NCBI GenBank assembly: GCA_030295235.1
Contig: AP026176.1
Span: 124,001-188,000, forward strand
Length of the DNA stretch: 64,000 nucleotides
From: Fistulifera solaris
Lineage: Eukaryota
Direction of reading: 5' to 3'
Shown: positions 12,979 through 26,551 of the stretch, one piece after another
How the letters are laid out: every line of letters starts with the position of its first letter
How positions within the stretch are numbered: position 1 is the stretch's first letter
The notes under the pieces: generated by a model
What the model saw: the letters and a program-made list of their open reading frames with translations, nothing else
Told to the model about the DNA's origin: nothing
The model's database searches: none
Made by a program: the position numbers and the translations under genes

Positions 12979-14597
12979 ATGAAAAACCTCTTGAGGATTC
13001 TGATCATTTTGACATGTCGAATGGGCAGCGCTGTCGCCACGGATGTCGCCAATTTAGATCGCTTTAACTACGATACAACCGTCCAAGCGAACGGCTTGAA
13101 AGACTATGGCCCCCAGGATTGGGGGCGCGTTCAATGCCTCGACAAGGACGTCTGCTTGGGCTACCCGGATTCTTTTGATGAAGCTATCGGCTGGTCCTAC
13201 CGCGAAAATTCGTGCCGTTGGTGCCCTCCCGGAAGTCGCGGCTGTGGTGTACATCATCAAAGTCCCATAAACCTTTATCGTCAAGTCACGCAAACCAGTG
13301 ATCCTTTGTACAACAAATGCATTGATGGACACAAGATGATCTTCTTCTATGGAACGTGCAGCTGGGATGATTTGGTACGACAAAATGCGTTCTCGATCGA
13401 ACGCCATGCATTAAAAATCATCCAACCCACAGAGCTCATGCCAGATGGGAGATATCGCATTGCGTGTCGAAATCCAGCCATTGGACGTCGTTTTCCTCGA
13501 TTGGATTATGCCAAAGGCTTTTCGCATTGGTGGCATTTAAGTCACACTGATTTGCACGTGCCTTCGGAACACACGCAAAATGGAAAGCGATACGATGGTG
13601 AATTGCAAATGTATCAGTTTTACTCCGTGTCTGGCCTGGAAGCGGGCGTCAACAATGAGGTAAGTTTGATGAAATCAGTACGTTTTGTTTGTATGCTTCC
13701 TACCACCCGACTAACAAGCCTTATGCTTTCCCACATCAAAATAGATGGGAACTGTCTCAGTCTTTTGCAAGCCTATGACGATAGCCCTGATTACGCCATG
13801 TTAAATCGTGTCATTTGTCAATGGCGAGAGGTTGAACAACAAACGCGCAGTGGCTGTGGATTGCCTAGCGTCAGTGCTCCATATGACGGTTGCCACTCCT
13901 CCAGACGACAACTCCGTCCAATTTCCTCCAGCGCTAACACAACGTTGCCGTCCAACCCAATGTCGGTACACGATATTATGTTGCATAATTATCTAAATCC
14001 CGACGAGTCTAAGATCTTGGTGATAGAAGACGACGAAGTTGCCGAGCCGAGCGATCAAGATGAGATGGACTGGGCCGCCTTTGTCCAGCAACAAGAAGAA
14101 TACCAGAATCATCGTCGTCAATTGACGAATCAACAAGTCAGTCCGTGGCACAACTACTGGCCTCTCATTGGCGTCCAAACGGAGTATTATTACCGATACA
14201 GTGGGACACAAACGGTCCCTCCCTGCTACGGTCGATTCGCGCGGGGCAACAATCGCGCACAAACCAACAATTGGCGTGTCATGAAAGATCCCATTCGTAT
14301 TTCCAGCCGACAGTTGAATGAATTGCATCGCTTACTGCGCGAGCGGATTGCTCCCCCGATGATCCTTTGGTGGCCTGTCAGGCCGATACCGCCGCCAAAA
14401 TAGACTCCAACACCGGTTTTGCTGATGTAGCACGGCCTTTACAAGGCAATCAAAAAGCGCATCACATGGTATATTGTGAATGTGAGAACTGGGGCAGTCA
14501 GTGGCAAGCCGATCAGGATTGGTGTCGTACGTATCGCAACGACAAGGATGCTCGTTTGTTTCAGCATCCTTACAACTTTTATACCGATGGGTTTTAG
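12979..14597 (+). CDS. Secreted alpha-carbonic anhydrase-like protein; intron 13660-13744; frameshifts at ~13765 and ~14355
   Basis: Signal peptide 'MKNLLRILIILTCRMGSAVA', motifs 'YGPQDW', 'HQSPINL', 'HVPSEHTQNGKRYDGEL' and 'YYRYSGTQTVPPC'. GTAAGT...TAG intron with a CTAAC branch point. Confidence 0.85.
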
Positions 14598-15426
14598 ATG
14601 CCTCCCTCGCTAAAACAGGCGAGTATTAAAGTACCGAATATGATTTGAATTTTGTCCAGTAAAATCGCATAGACTTTGTAGTAATACAATTTCCTTTCCC
14701 ATCGTTGGTTGTGCGTGAAAGTGTAGTCGCGATATTCCGCAATTCATCATCGCCCCGTCGCCCATTTCTGCGCCGAATGCCCGAGACCGATCAACCAATC
14801 CGCTGTTTAGCAACGAATACACCTCCCATGATCCGTTTTCCAACGTTCCGTTGCGCCGATTGCCCGACCTTTGGTCGAGAACCGGTGGTACCTTTGCTTT
14901 TCTCTCGGCTTTGCTGTAGATTATTGCAAGGCTGCTGGCGTTCTTGAAGAAGAAGCAGAAAACGCATAATAATCTTCTTCTTGTGATATAATATTTATTA
15001 TCTTCTTGTTATATATAACACGGAGTATATTATGTAAATGCAATTCATTCGACATCGCATTATCGACAACAAAAATAACGCGGCTATGATTCTACTTATA
15101 GTCATGACTGAAATCAAGTCGTGTTAATGTCTCGCTGCACTTGCGGGTGCGGCGGTAGCGATCGGAATAGAAGGTCCGCAATGCAGCTAGGGCTATTATA
15201 ATAATAACAAACAAGCCTATAGTAAGTAAGCAGATACGACAATCATTAGTTAGTGAGCATGGACTCGTACTTATGATTCATAACTGCGTTTCAACACTTC
15301 CGATCAAGAAAAAATAAATAATAAAAACCTCGACAACAACTTTCGATATAAACCTCTTCATAAAACAAGAGAAAGACGATACCTCGAATTTTATTTTACC
15401 ATATTCAGTTTTCAAACGGAAACAAG

Positions 15427-16614
15427 TTATCTTCTGGTTCCCTTTCCCTTTCCAGACACTCCTCCTTTTCCCGGCCGTGAACTTCCCTTTCCTGACACGG
15501 AACCCCCTTTGCCATAACTTGCACTACCTTTTCCCAAACCACCACCTTTTCCACTGCCTTTTCCCGAACTTCCTTTGCCGGAAGAATTACCTTTTCCTGA
15601 ACTCCATGTGCCTGAATTGCTACCCTTTCCCGCACTACCCTTGCCGGACGGTTTGCTCTTTTTGGATTTCTTACTGTACTCGTACGAGGAGGAGGAGGAT
15701 GGATAGTCCGACATGGAGGGCGCATAGGTCGTCGGTACAATCGTGGAGGTAGTCACCAAGGTAATGGTGGGTTCTATCGTCAGAACATCGGATGGCATTT
15801 CGGATAAGAGGGTGGGCAACGATGATGGCATCGCGGTGGGTATTGTTGTGACCGCGGGAACGGTCGTGATCAGTTTTGTGGGTGCTTCGGAAGACATAAC
15901 GGTGGGTGCCATTGTAGTAGCCATTTGAGTTGGAAGAATCGTCTCCGTTGCTTCCAAGAGGGTTGGCGAATTCGTGGGTCGTGACGATTGTGGTGATACG
16001 GTGGGCACGGTCGTCACCGGTTCCGTCGTTGTCGGTTCCATCGTCATCGACGGTATCGTCGCATTACTGATGACTTCTTGGAAACACAAATCATGAAACG
16101 TCCATCCCATGGAAAGTGACCGAATCAACACTGTGACTGTATCATTGGTGGCATTTGCGAGATTGAAGGACACGGTGACGGGACTGAAACTATTCCAGTC
16201 GTCGGTGACCGCCATCGCATCGACCGTCGCATAAACTTCTTGCGTTTCATAATCTTCGACGCGAAAACTTCCCTCTCCCAGTGGACTGGTGACACTGAGG
16301 GTCATATTGTAGATTGTTGTAGTATTACTGACAGGAACCGAATACGCCAACCAATCGCCTTCATCCAACCATCCGATATGGTTGCAGTCGACGGCAATGC
16401 CTTCGGCTTGCATGAAATCACTGGCATTCATAAAGACTTGACATTGGCTGTAATTATTTGCAGGCAAATCATCGACGGCATCGGCTTGAAACATATCCGG
16501 CGTGACAAGTTGGAGTGTCACACCATTCTTTTCATGATATTCGAGATTCCGACGGACTTGCGCCCGAATCGGAGACAGGAGGAATAGGAACCAGGGCAGT
16601 GATCTCGTCGTCAT
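15427..16614 (-). CDS. Secreted CBM6-like protein with Pro/Thr-rich stalk and Gly/Lys/Ser-rich C-terminal tail
   Basis: Signal peptide followed by RRNL, CBM6-like 'HIGWLDEGDWLAYSV...SPLGEGSF...TDDWNSF', PT repeats, and a tail of GKG repeats. Confidence 0.8.
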   Translation of the reverse strand: MTTRSLPWFLFLLSPIRAQVRRNLEYHEKNGVTLQLVTPDMFQADAVDDLPANNYSQCQVFMNASDFMQAEGIAVDCNHIGWLDEGDWLAYSVPVSNTTTIYNMTLSVTSPLGEGSFRVEDYETQEVYATVDAMAVTDDWNSFSPVTVSFNLANATNDTVTVLIRSLSMGWTFHDLCFQEVISNATIPSMTMEPTTTEPVTTVPTVSPQSSRPTNSPTLLEATETILPTQMATTMAPTVMSSEAPTKLITTVPAVTTIPTAMPSSLPTLLSEMPSDVLTIEPTITLVTTSTIVPTTYAPSMSDYPSSSSSYEYSKKSKKSKPSGKGSAGKGSNSGTWSSGKGNSSGKGSSGKGSGKGGGLGKGSASYGKGGSVSGKGSSRPGKGGVSGKGKGTRR

Positions 16615-17062
16615 CGTCGTTCATGTGCATTTGTTTTGAGACTAGTCAATAGAAGGTCTCCGCGACGACTATGATGTGTTGGGCTCCCTATGTCGCTTGG
16701 TTCTGTTGGTGGTGATTTTCGTTCGCAAGAAAAAGTCCCGAAAAATTCAAATTTTGGATAAGAAACGGTGTGACACATAAGGAACATCACTTGCCGGGCG
16801 ACGGACATACGATACACTCCGCGCCCAAGAAAAAAGTGAACATCGCAAGAAGGAAGAACGACCAACGACAATGATTCAAAGAGAATAAGCCCTTCATCTT
16901 TCTCATTTAACGATTTGCTTTCTATTTGTGTATTATAAAGCGCATTCCGTGTGCTAGTCATGCAAGATGCGATGACTGCGAGGGAGGAAAACTGGGCACG
17001 AAAGCCTGAGGAGAAGAAGGGAAAGGAAGCGACGACACGAGCGTTCTTCCTCTTTTGTAATC

Positions 17063-18588
<1,526 letters not shown>

Positions 18589-18684
18589 ATAGAAAACATT
18601 TGATTTATATAATGAATTATAAACGATTACATTGCATGATAATGAAACAAGGCGGTGGTTTTTGAAACAATATGCTGGTTCGAA

Positions 18685-20046
18685 CTAAGTCCAAATCCAC
18701 GTGTCGGGATTCGAATCGGATCGAACGGGTGACGCTAGTGTCAAATCGTTCTCTTCTTGCTGCTCTGTCGGCTCTCCTTCTTCTTCTGGTTGCGGAACCG
18801 GAGCCACGACTTCGGAGCGAGACACGACCGGCGCGGCTTGTTCTCGGGGCGCCCATGTGGGTGGCACGACGGGAGTACGTGTCGGTTGAGTCAAGCGAAT
18901 GGTGGTCGGTGACAGCGTCGGTGGCAACGTCGGCGGCAACGTCGGCGGGAACGTTGGTCGGGGGATTGGATTGGACAAAGGTGATCGCGTTGGTGTTCCG
19001 GTGGGGGCTGCTGTTGCCTGTGCAACAGGTCGATCGCTCGGTGCTTGTGACGGACTGGTACTGGCCTTGATTTCGAGTAACTCGAAGGATAACCACTGCA
19101 TGTTCCAACCTGTTTGCACGGGTACAAGCCGCAACGTCAAGGCACCGCCGGGAAATTGCACGACATTACTGATAGTTTCCCAAATTTGCCAGTCTCCGGT
19201 GCGGGGAAATGACGAAATTTCCGCATAGACTTGCATGGTTTCGTTGTTGATGATTTGAAAGGCACCCTGTCCTTCGGGACTCGCTATCCGTGCTTTGAAA
19301 TTATACGTTCCCGCATGCGGCAATTCAATGCTGTATATCACATAATCGGATGGATCCAACCACCCTATGTTCTCCAGTCCCTCGGACGATGTTTGCAATT
19401 CAGCTCCGTGGAGACGTACAAAATTATCGGCGGCAATCATGGTAAAGAAAGTCGGAGGAATCGTAGTCTCTGTTTGAGTGACGGGTGCGAACGTTGGTGC
19501 AGTGACTGTGGTTTCCCCAAATTCGCTTTGCGATCGTGTCGAATCGAGTGGTTGCAACGAAAAATCTTTTAAATTCCAGCCCCCTTGCAACGATCGAATT
19601 TCGAGAGGTACATCACCAGAGGGTAATTCCACCGTCACGCGGATGGCATGCCAGCGAGCATTCCCTGCCGAGGGTATACTGGAAACGGTCGCATATTTGG
19701 CGCGGGTTTCTGCATTCCCCACGACAAAGGACCCTGTACCAATCGGACTGGAAACACGCAATTCCATCACATACACTCCGGCCATGGGTATATTCACATC
19801 GTATCGCAACCAATCGTCTGCATCCAACGAACCAACATAATCGGCTCCTTCTACCGTATCGACGCCGTACATGGAGATATAATTGGTTCCGTGAATCAAG
19901 ATGTTGCTCGAATTGTGGCTATTCATGAGATACCACAGATTTGATCCATGCGTTTGCACGGACGTGACATGGTCTGACAACGATAGTATTAGAAAGAGAG
20001 GCAACGCCAGGATTCGGCTCCACGGTCGGATAGAGCGTTTCATCAT
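18685..20046 (-). CDS. Secreted protein with two CBM6-like modules and a Pro/Thr-rich C-terminus
   Basis: Signal peptide, 'VGSLDADDWLRYDV...RVSSPIGTGSF' and 'NIGWLDPSDYVIY...ARIASPEGQGAF...TGDWQIWET', then PTLP repeats. Confidence 0.85.
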   Translation of the reverse strand: MMKRSIRPWSRILALPLFLILSLSDHVTSVQTHGSNLWYLMNSHNSSNILIHGTNYISMYGVDTVEGADYVGSLDADDWLRYDVNIPMAGVYVMELRVSSPIGTGSFVVGNAETRAKYATVSSIPSAGNARWHAIRVTVELPSGDVPLEIRSLQGGWNLKDFSLQPLDSTRSQSEFGETTVTAPTFAPVTQTETTIPPTFFTMIAADNFVRLHGAELQTSSEGLENIGWLDPSDYVIYSIELPHAGTYNFKARIASPEGQGAFQIINNETMQVYAEISSFPRTGDWQIWETISNVVQFPGGALTLRLVPVQTGWNMQWLSFELLEIKASTSPSQAPSDRPVAQATAAPTGTPTRSPLSNPIPRPTFPPTLPPTLPPTLSPTTIRLTQPTRTPVVPPTWAPREQAAPVVSRSEVVAPVPQPEEEGEPTEQQEENDLTLASPVRSDSNPDTWIWT

Positions 20047-20683
20047 CTTTGACGTTGGGAGTTCATACTCAATGAAATCGAATGATTACGCAGTTTCTTG
20101 TCAAAAGAAACGGCATCAAGACGATCTCTTGGCGGAATCATGGTGTTCTCCACTCACTTTCGGCTTTCGGCGTCTTTTACCCTACGGATTACAGTAATTG
20201 CTCTACATACAATCTGCGCCAGACTCAAAAGTAGGCTTTAGTTCACTACTATAGTGACATTTTGCGAAGAGCGAAGAAGGATACTCTACAGTATAATGTG
20301 CCGATGCTGTGAACAGTTTCGTAAATGGTTCAGTAGTTAATTGTAGGCGTTCACGACTACAGACTCTAGTACAGACGTACAGACTACAGAATAAGAGCTC
20401 GCTCGTATTTCGTATTCGGTAGACTAGACTATTCGCTATTCGCCATTCGCCTTCGCATTTTCTGACGCCATGATGTCATTCGTCACTCGCAGGCTCGCAG
20501 GCACCGGAGATTGGGAGGGGGCGAAAAATCGGAAAATTGGCCAAGGTCGCCAAAACTAGAAAAGGTAAACTAATGATCTCTATTAGCTCAGCTTCTATGC
20601 AAGTTGGGTAAACTCTAGTAGTCAATAGTTATGTCCATTACGGAGTATTATTTTACAGCTGAACCAATCGAAAAGAATGTAGA

Positions 20684-21736
20684 TTAGTTCGCCTCGTTGA
20701 CCAAAACAACGGGCGAAGTAACATCAATCAACGGCTCAGGTTGTAGCTCGAGCACGATCCACAACAAATTCCAGCCATGCGACAAAGCTCGTATTTCCAA
20801 TGATAAGTCGCCAGCTGGTAATTCAACGCTCGTTGTGATGGTTGCCCAAGTTTGGAAGCTGCCGGTAGACGGTAGCTCGGTCACGGTAGCGTAGACTTCA
20901 CCGCTGACTTGGTTGCGAATTTGAAAGGCCCCAATTCCTTCCGGACTTGCGATTCGAGCTTTGAACAAAAAGTTGCCGCGTACGGGCAAATTTAGTTGAT
21001 AAGTGACATGATCACCACGATCAATCCAATAAAGATTTTTGAGGCCTTCAATCGAGTCTTGTATCAGCATGCCTTCCATTTCGCTGTAGGTAGCTGACGC
21101 AATCATGGCACGATAGGGTTGATTCGTCAGGTCTCCTTGTCGAGCAGCATTCGTTCGGGTTATATTAACAGGGGGGATTGACAGGAGGGGCAGCGCTTGT
21201 GGGACTGTCCAAACCAGGAGGTAGGCCTGGTGTAGCATCATCAACTTGTGCAACAGAAAACCATTGGAGGCCCCAGCCTTCTGTAACAACTTGCAATGTT
21301 AATGGTACAAGACCTTTTGGCAAGGTGAGGCCAACTTCTACCGTTTTGAATTCTTCCCAAGCCGTCGTCATCGGCACTGTATTCAGACTCGCGTAAACTT
21401 CATTCGTTTCGCGGTTGATCACTTGGAAAGCGCCTTCTCCCAATGGACTCGAAAGACGAACCTCCAGCCAGTACTGCCCGGCTTCTGGTAAATCAAGCTC
21501 ATACGTAACCCAGTCGCCCTTATTAAACCAGAATAGACCATTCGTAGCATCCTTCACGGTCGCCCCATTCGTTTCGACGAAATTCGACGCTGGTATTCTC
21601 TTTTCGAATTTCTTGACGCTACTCTCCACTTGCAAACTTCGTCCGCCACGCAGTGCGGAGCGACTTATTCTGTCTGCTTTCGTGAAAAGAGATAATAAGC
21701 GAAAAGCAACAGAGCCCTTGTCTTGAAAGATCTCAT
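20684..21736 (-). CDS. Secreted protein with two CBM6-like modules; frameshifts at ~21702 and ~21172
   Basis: 'WFNKGDWVTYEL...RLSSPLGEGAF' and 'YWIDRGDHVTY...ARIASPEGIGAF...TGSFQTW'. Signal peptide starts MRSFKTRALLLF, followed by an 'LRGGRSLQ' propeptide. Paralog of 18685..20046. Confidence 0.75.
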
Positions 21737-22523
21737 GATACTTTGTTATTGTTGTTGTTAGTGTTATTTTCAAACATTTCAAACGCTTTTATTGACATCC
21801 CGATTGTTCAAACGTTGCACCGCGCGATTAGTTGGCCCAAAACCTTTTTCACTATCCAGGATTGTGTACGAAATCGATTAATTTAATACTGTAAAAAGAA
21901 GCAGGTGAAACACGCACAAGACAAATTTGCCTATTTGAAGGGCAGTAGTAAGTATAAACAAAGTGTCTAGGGTAATTACCTATAAGTTTACCACGCCATA
22001 AAGTACAAGTACACGATGAAATTGCAAGTTGCAAGTTGCAAGGGATAGCCTTTTATCGTACTTGGAACTTGGAACTGGTCGAACAAACTAGTGCGACGAA
22101 AAACTCATAAAGTTGTGCATAGTGTATACTTATCTCAATTTGATGGATTGAAGCCACCACATGAAATCATTGCGCACCCATTCACTTTTCTCGTTTAATT
22201 CAAAGAAACAAACTTTGGATTAAACCCATTGCCGGTTTCTTTAATTCCGTGATAAAGTAGAATAATCTATTTCCGTATTCTCAAACTTTAAAAAAATTAG
22301 TAGCGTCGAAAAGGGTTTCAAACTAAAATGTTGCATTAATTAAAAACCGAGTTGCGCATTACCCTGGCAAATCAGTTGTCTCGAGTCAAATAGCACTGGC
22401 CCTTCACTTGCCTTGATCAGCCGTGCAGCAAAAACCCAATTCAATCAAAATATAGCAACTGTCAACAGGCTATTTCATTCCTAATACCAGCAGGCTGCTT
22501 TGCTGTGTTGCGACATCAGCTAA

Positions 22524-23667
22524 TTATCGAGTTCCTTCCAGTAATTCCAATTTCGCCGCTCGCACGTGGTGCAATTGACGCACTTCCAAAAATTTCGCCA
22601 GAAAATCATCCACATCCCCTTGCTGATCAATCCAGTTATCCGCGAAATGTTCCGATTGATCAAAGGCCTCTTTCTTGGCTTTACTCAAATCTTTGATGAC
22701 TTTCTTCGGATCCACCGGATGGCACAAATGGTCCTGTTGTTGCTCCAACGTTCGGAAGGTGGCTACTTTGTCTCTCAATTGTTGCTGCAGTTCGGTTGCT
22801 CGTTCGTGCAAGTTCTGCAATTCACTTTTGTGTTCCCAGTTTTGTTGCGCCAATTTCGCATTCTCCTCCACGACGGAGGTAACCATGGTCACGAGCGTTT
22901 TCACCGAATCCAGTTTATTACAAAAGGCTTGAAAATCCAATTCATCCGACAACAATGCGTCCAACTGTTCCCGATCCAACTGTTCAAGTTCCGGAAATTC
23001 CGTCGGTACGGAAGGCATTTCGACGCGGGTTGTTTCACGGAGCAAAGACGAATACGTGGGTGGTTCGTCTTCCATGGGTTGTGTCGTCGTCGTCGTTGTT
23101 GAAGACGAGGTCGAACTGCGCACCCGATTGTGTTGTCGTTCCAACGCCGGATCAGTGATCCGATGCAAGACCGGCGGATGCATTTGCAATTCTTGTATGA
23201 CGTGATGGACGGCTTGTCCCAACAACAGACGCGACTCACGCCAGGCCGTCGCCGATTGGAGGGGTGGAAATCCCACAATTAGGCCCTGTCGATCCACCCA
23301 CGGGTGCGTTGCTTCCACGCCATGCAAAATCATTTGCGGAACACGACTTTCATTGAAATGAACGCGCAACAAAAAGGTATCCCCGTTGACGCTTTGAAAG
23401 ACCGTTTGGAAGGTTTCATTGCCTGTTCAAGAAAAAGTGAGTCTTTCTTGATTGTATGTTCGTTTGCCTGCCGCGCACACACTTACCCGGACCCACCACG
23501 CGTGTACTGGGTTTTAAGGTGGCGTCTTCTAAATACGAATCAAGGTGTTGTGCGTGCGTGTATTCCGGAGGTCGGATCGTCCCTTGAATCGATTGTGCTG
23601 TAACGATGCGAGAATTCCGCATCCGATTGGTCGTTGCCGCGCTTTGGTTGCTGTTCCATTGAAACAT
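22524..23667 (-). CDS. VPS37: ESCRT-I subunit VPS37 (UEV-like N-terminus plus Mod(r) domain); intron 23423-23486
   Basis: 'HPWVD', 'W..SRLLLGQAVHHV' and C-terminal 'SEHFADNW...VDDFLAKFLEVRQLHHVRAAKLE'. The GTAAGT..CAG intron joins the exons in frame. Confidence 0.85.
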
Positions 23668-24052
23668 ATTGTTGTAAGCGTTTAAGAAATAGAAAGAGAG
23701 CTTCCTATGTTGCAGAAATGAATCACAATCACAACAAGAATGGCAAGTGTTTTACTGCAGTTGTTTGTTGATTGCATCACTTCGAACCAAGCTTCGAACT
23801 ACTATTCATTCGAACCGCCGGAACATTCGGTTCGTGGAACGGCCGAAGTGCAGGCCGCTAACGACTGACTTCGTTGAGTCACGAATGAGAATTGTCAAAT
23901 GTCAAATCATCATCATCAACGTTCCTTCGGCAATGTCTAGACCTGCTAAGATTGTTTGATATGCATGAGTATCTTTTTTCAGCAGCCTTTACCATGACAT
24001 TTATTTCAGAACGACGCGCCGATCATTCTATATTCTCGATAATATTGCATGG

Positions 24053-24543
24053 TCCAGAAATTCTGGAATCGAAATTTCGCATCAAACAGAAATCCTGCGT
24101 GACTACCAGAAATTCTGGTACTGGCGTTTTCGGACGTACAGAAAGCCTGTGATTTTTTTTAGAGATGTTGCAAACGGTGCTTCGCGTCACATGGAGAATT
24201 TGTTCTGGAGCCGGTTTTTGAGTTAAACAGAAATCCGGTGCGAGTTCCAGAAATTTTGGCATCAAGCAAAGATTTTGCGCATGTTCCAGAAATTCTGGAA
24301 TTTGTTTTTAGGGATCAGACAGAAATCCTGTGGATGTTCCAGAAATTCTGGATTCGGTGTTTTTCGGTCGAACAGAAATTTTGTGGGGTTCCAGAATTTC
24401 TAAAATCGGTGTCTCGGGTCATACAAACATCCCGTCTAAGCTCCAGAAATTCTGGAATCGTCGTTTCGCATCACATAAAGATTCGGTGCAAAATCCAGAA
24501 ATTCTGGAATAGATGTCGTGTGTAAATTCCAGAAATTCTGGAA
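24053..24543. repeat. Degenerate ~52-bp tandem array with conserved quasi-palindromic core TCCAGAAATTCTGGA
   Basis: Cores (CCAGAA...) start at 24054, 24106, 24247, 24286, 24339, 24391, 24443, 24495 and 24529, with degenerate copies near 24159 and 24195. Most spacings are 52-53 bp. Confidence 0.9.
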
Positions 24544-24956
24544 TTCGTTTGTTTCTCGTTAGAAAGAGATTTCGAGCTCTTTCCAAAAAATTATGTGAAC
24601 GTGGAACCGATGTTTTCGATCGGTTCTGTGGACGATGAGGAGGAGGTAGACTAGACTAGAGACTACTCTAGTCTGTTTTTTTTTCATTTCTTTTAAGCGT
24701 AATGGATTAGGGGTCGGGATCAACGCCAGCCGATACAGTGCCGCGAAAACTGAACCTGTCATAACAAAATGTCATTTCGTTGCTTGAGTAGGGTTACAAA
24801 GTATATTACTTTTTCAGAAGAGTTTCTACAGATAGTAACGTCTCATTTATGCCGCAACTGACACGCGGTCACAACATCAGAATGATTTCGTTTGCTGTTG
24901 ATATTCTTTCTTTCATTCATTCGCAAAGCAACATCAACAACAGCCTTTTTTTATCC

Positions 24957-26358
24957 ATGAGTCTTCCAGAACAGCTCAATATTCATTCCTTGTTTCAATC
25001 GATGACCCTATTTGAGGGTACTGACTGCGAAGAACCCCTGGATGGTGCCGACAACGAAGATGCGAGTTGTGGCGAACATGTCCCTGATCTAGTTTGGTCC
25101 AATCTCACTGAAAGTAATAGTGGCTTGGATGATCACTCGCATATAAATGACGGTGAGGGAGGATAGTATCGTATCCGTCAACACCTCGTTCGACGGCTCA
25201 TGCTCGGAATCACATTATGAAACACGTCTCAAGGCAACGCAGAAATTGATCAACGATTGCGTGATCACTGGAAAAGGCGAAGAAACGCTCGAAAATCGCT
25301 CACCATCGGTGGAAGAAGAGACGTTCTTTCCGATCAACGTCCCGGCCAGAGATCCTGTTCCAAACCCAATGGTCCGAACGTGTTTCGATTCTGTACACCT
25401 CCTATCGCCCACCTATTTTGCTTCTCCGGAACAACAACAAAAGCCACCCGCTACGACGTTATCACCTGTCAAACAAGAAAAACCTTCCACATTGTGTTCC
25501 ATGATACATCCCATGAGTTTGGCAAGTTTGGCCCTTGTCACTCCCAGTGGTCCAGCTGAATCCGTGACCACAAGTGACGCACCTCGCACGGTGAAAACCA
25601 TTCGTAGTTCTATTCGTAAGGAAGACAGTGGCATTCGACAATACCCTCGACTCCAATCGGCGTTCAAGTCCTCAGTGCTCAACGAAAGTATCGAGTATTG
25701 TTTATCGACGGGAAAACAGGGAATGAGTCCGCATCTTCGGAGACAGAGCCGGAAACTGCTTCCGGAAGATCTGACGAAGCGAATGAGTGACGAAGGATCA
25801 TCGACTACGACAAAAGAGAATTGCCAGTCGCGTTTGTTCGATAACAACAACGAACCGACACGCTCGCTCCATCTTGCACCAGACTTTCAAAGTACTCTCA
25901 GCATTCTACTACTCGAATGTCATCAAAAGGTATTCGAAATAGTAGCGGTAGATCACGTTACAGCGGAAACGTCCGTGGGGGATGTACTCAGTCGGGCTCG
26001 ATCTCAGGCAACAGATCCTAGGCTGTCGCGTCAAACCTACACCAGTCTTTGCAATTCGGTCAATGAAATGGCGGCGATGATGCTGCCGGTCCATCTCATG
26101 ATGGACCTGGAACAATCTACAGAGAAGAGAGAACGAAAACAGAGAGAACCGACGTTAAAGAAATATGACCGTTTGGAAGCCGCTCGTAAAACTTGTGACG
26201 ACCTGGGTCGACTGCTGGTGGCTGTTCCAGAGGGATCCAGTGCGGAAGCGGTTCGTGAAATACAGAAGACACTATGGTGTCATCCACGAGTGCAACGATG
26301 GTGGCGGAAAGAAAATCGATACTCGGGAAAGAGGTCGCATAGAAAGATAGACTTTTGA
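24957..26358 (+). CDS. Uncharacterised protein: disordered N-terminus plus C-terminal ubiquitin-like/beta-grasp-type domain; frameshift at ~25145
   Basis: ORFs 24849..25166 and 25147..26358 abut. Folded-looking C-terminal segment 'ILLLECHQKVFEIVAV...TSVGDVLSRAR...ATDPRL...LLVAVPEG'. Confidence 0.6.
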
Positions 26359-26551
26359 AAGAAGAAGTGCCCGTTGGATCGACATTTATTTCCCGCTGCT
26401 ACGCCGTACAGTAATACGCTTGTTTGTTAAGAGTATAGATGTATTATGAAATGCTACAAAGCTAATATATAAAAGTAGTCACATTGGTGTAATGTCAAAA
26501 TCATGCGGTGCAAAAGGTCCATCCAAATGCACTCGAGCTGCTGCAACTTAC

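Noticed and set aside
23780..23850. Cluster of TTCGAAC words upstream of VPS37
   Set aside because: Only three short copies with irregular spacing, which is not enough to call a regulatory site.
24238..24525. ORFs with 'PEILE'/'QKFW' repeats
   Set aside because: These are translations of the non-coding array. The 52-bp period is not a multiple of 3.
24053..24543. Bona fide CRISPR array
   Set aside because: The context is eukaryotic, there are no cas genes, the core is only about 15 bp, and the 'spacers' are homologous to one another.
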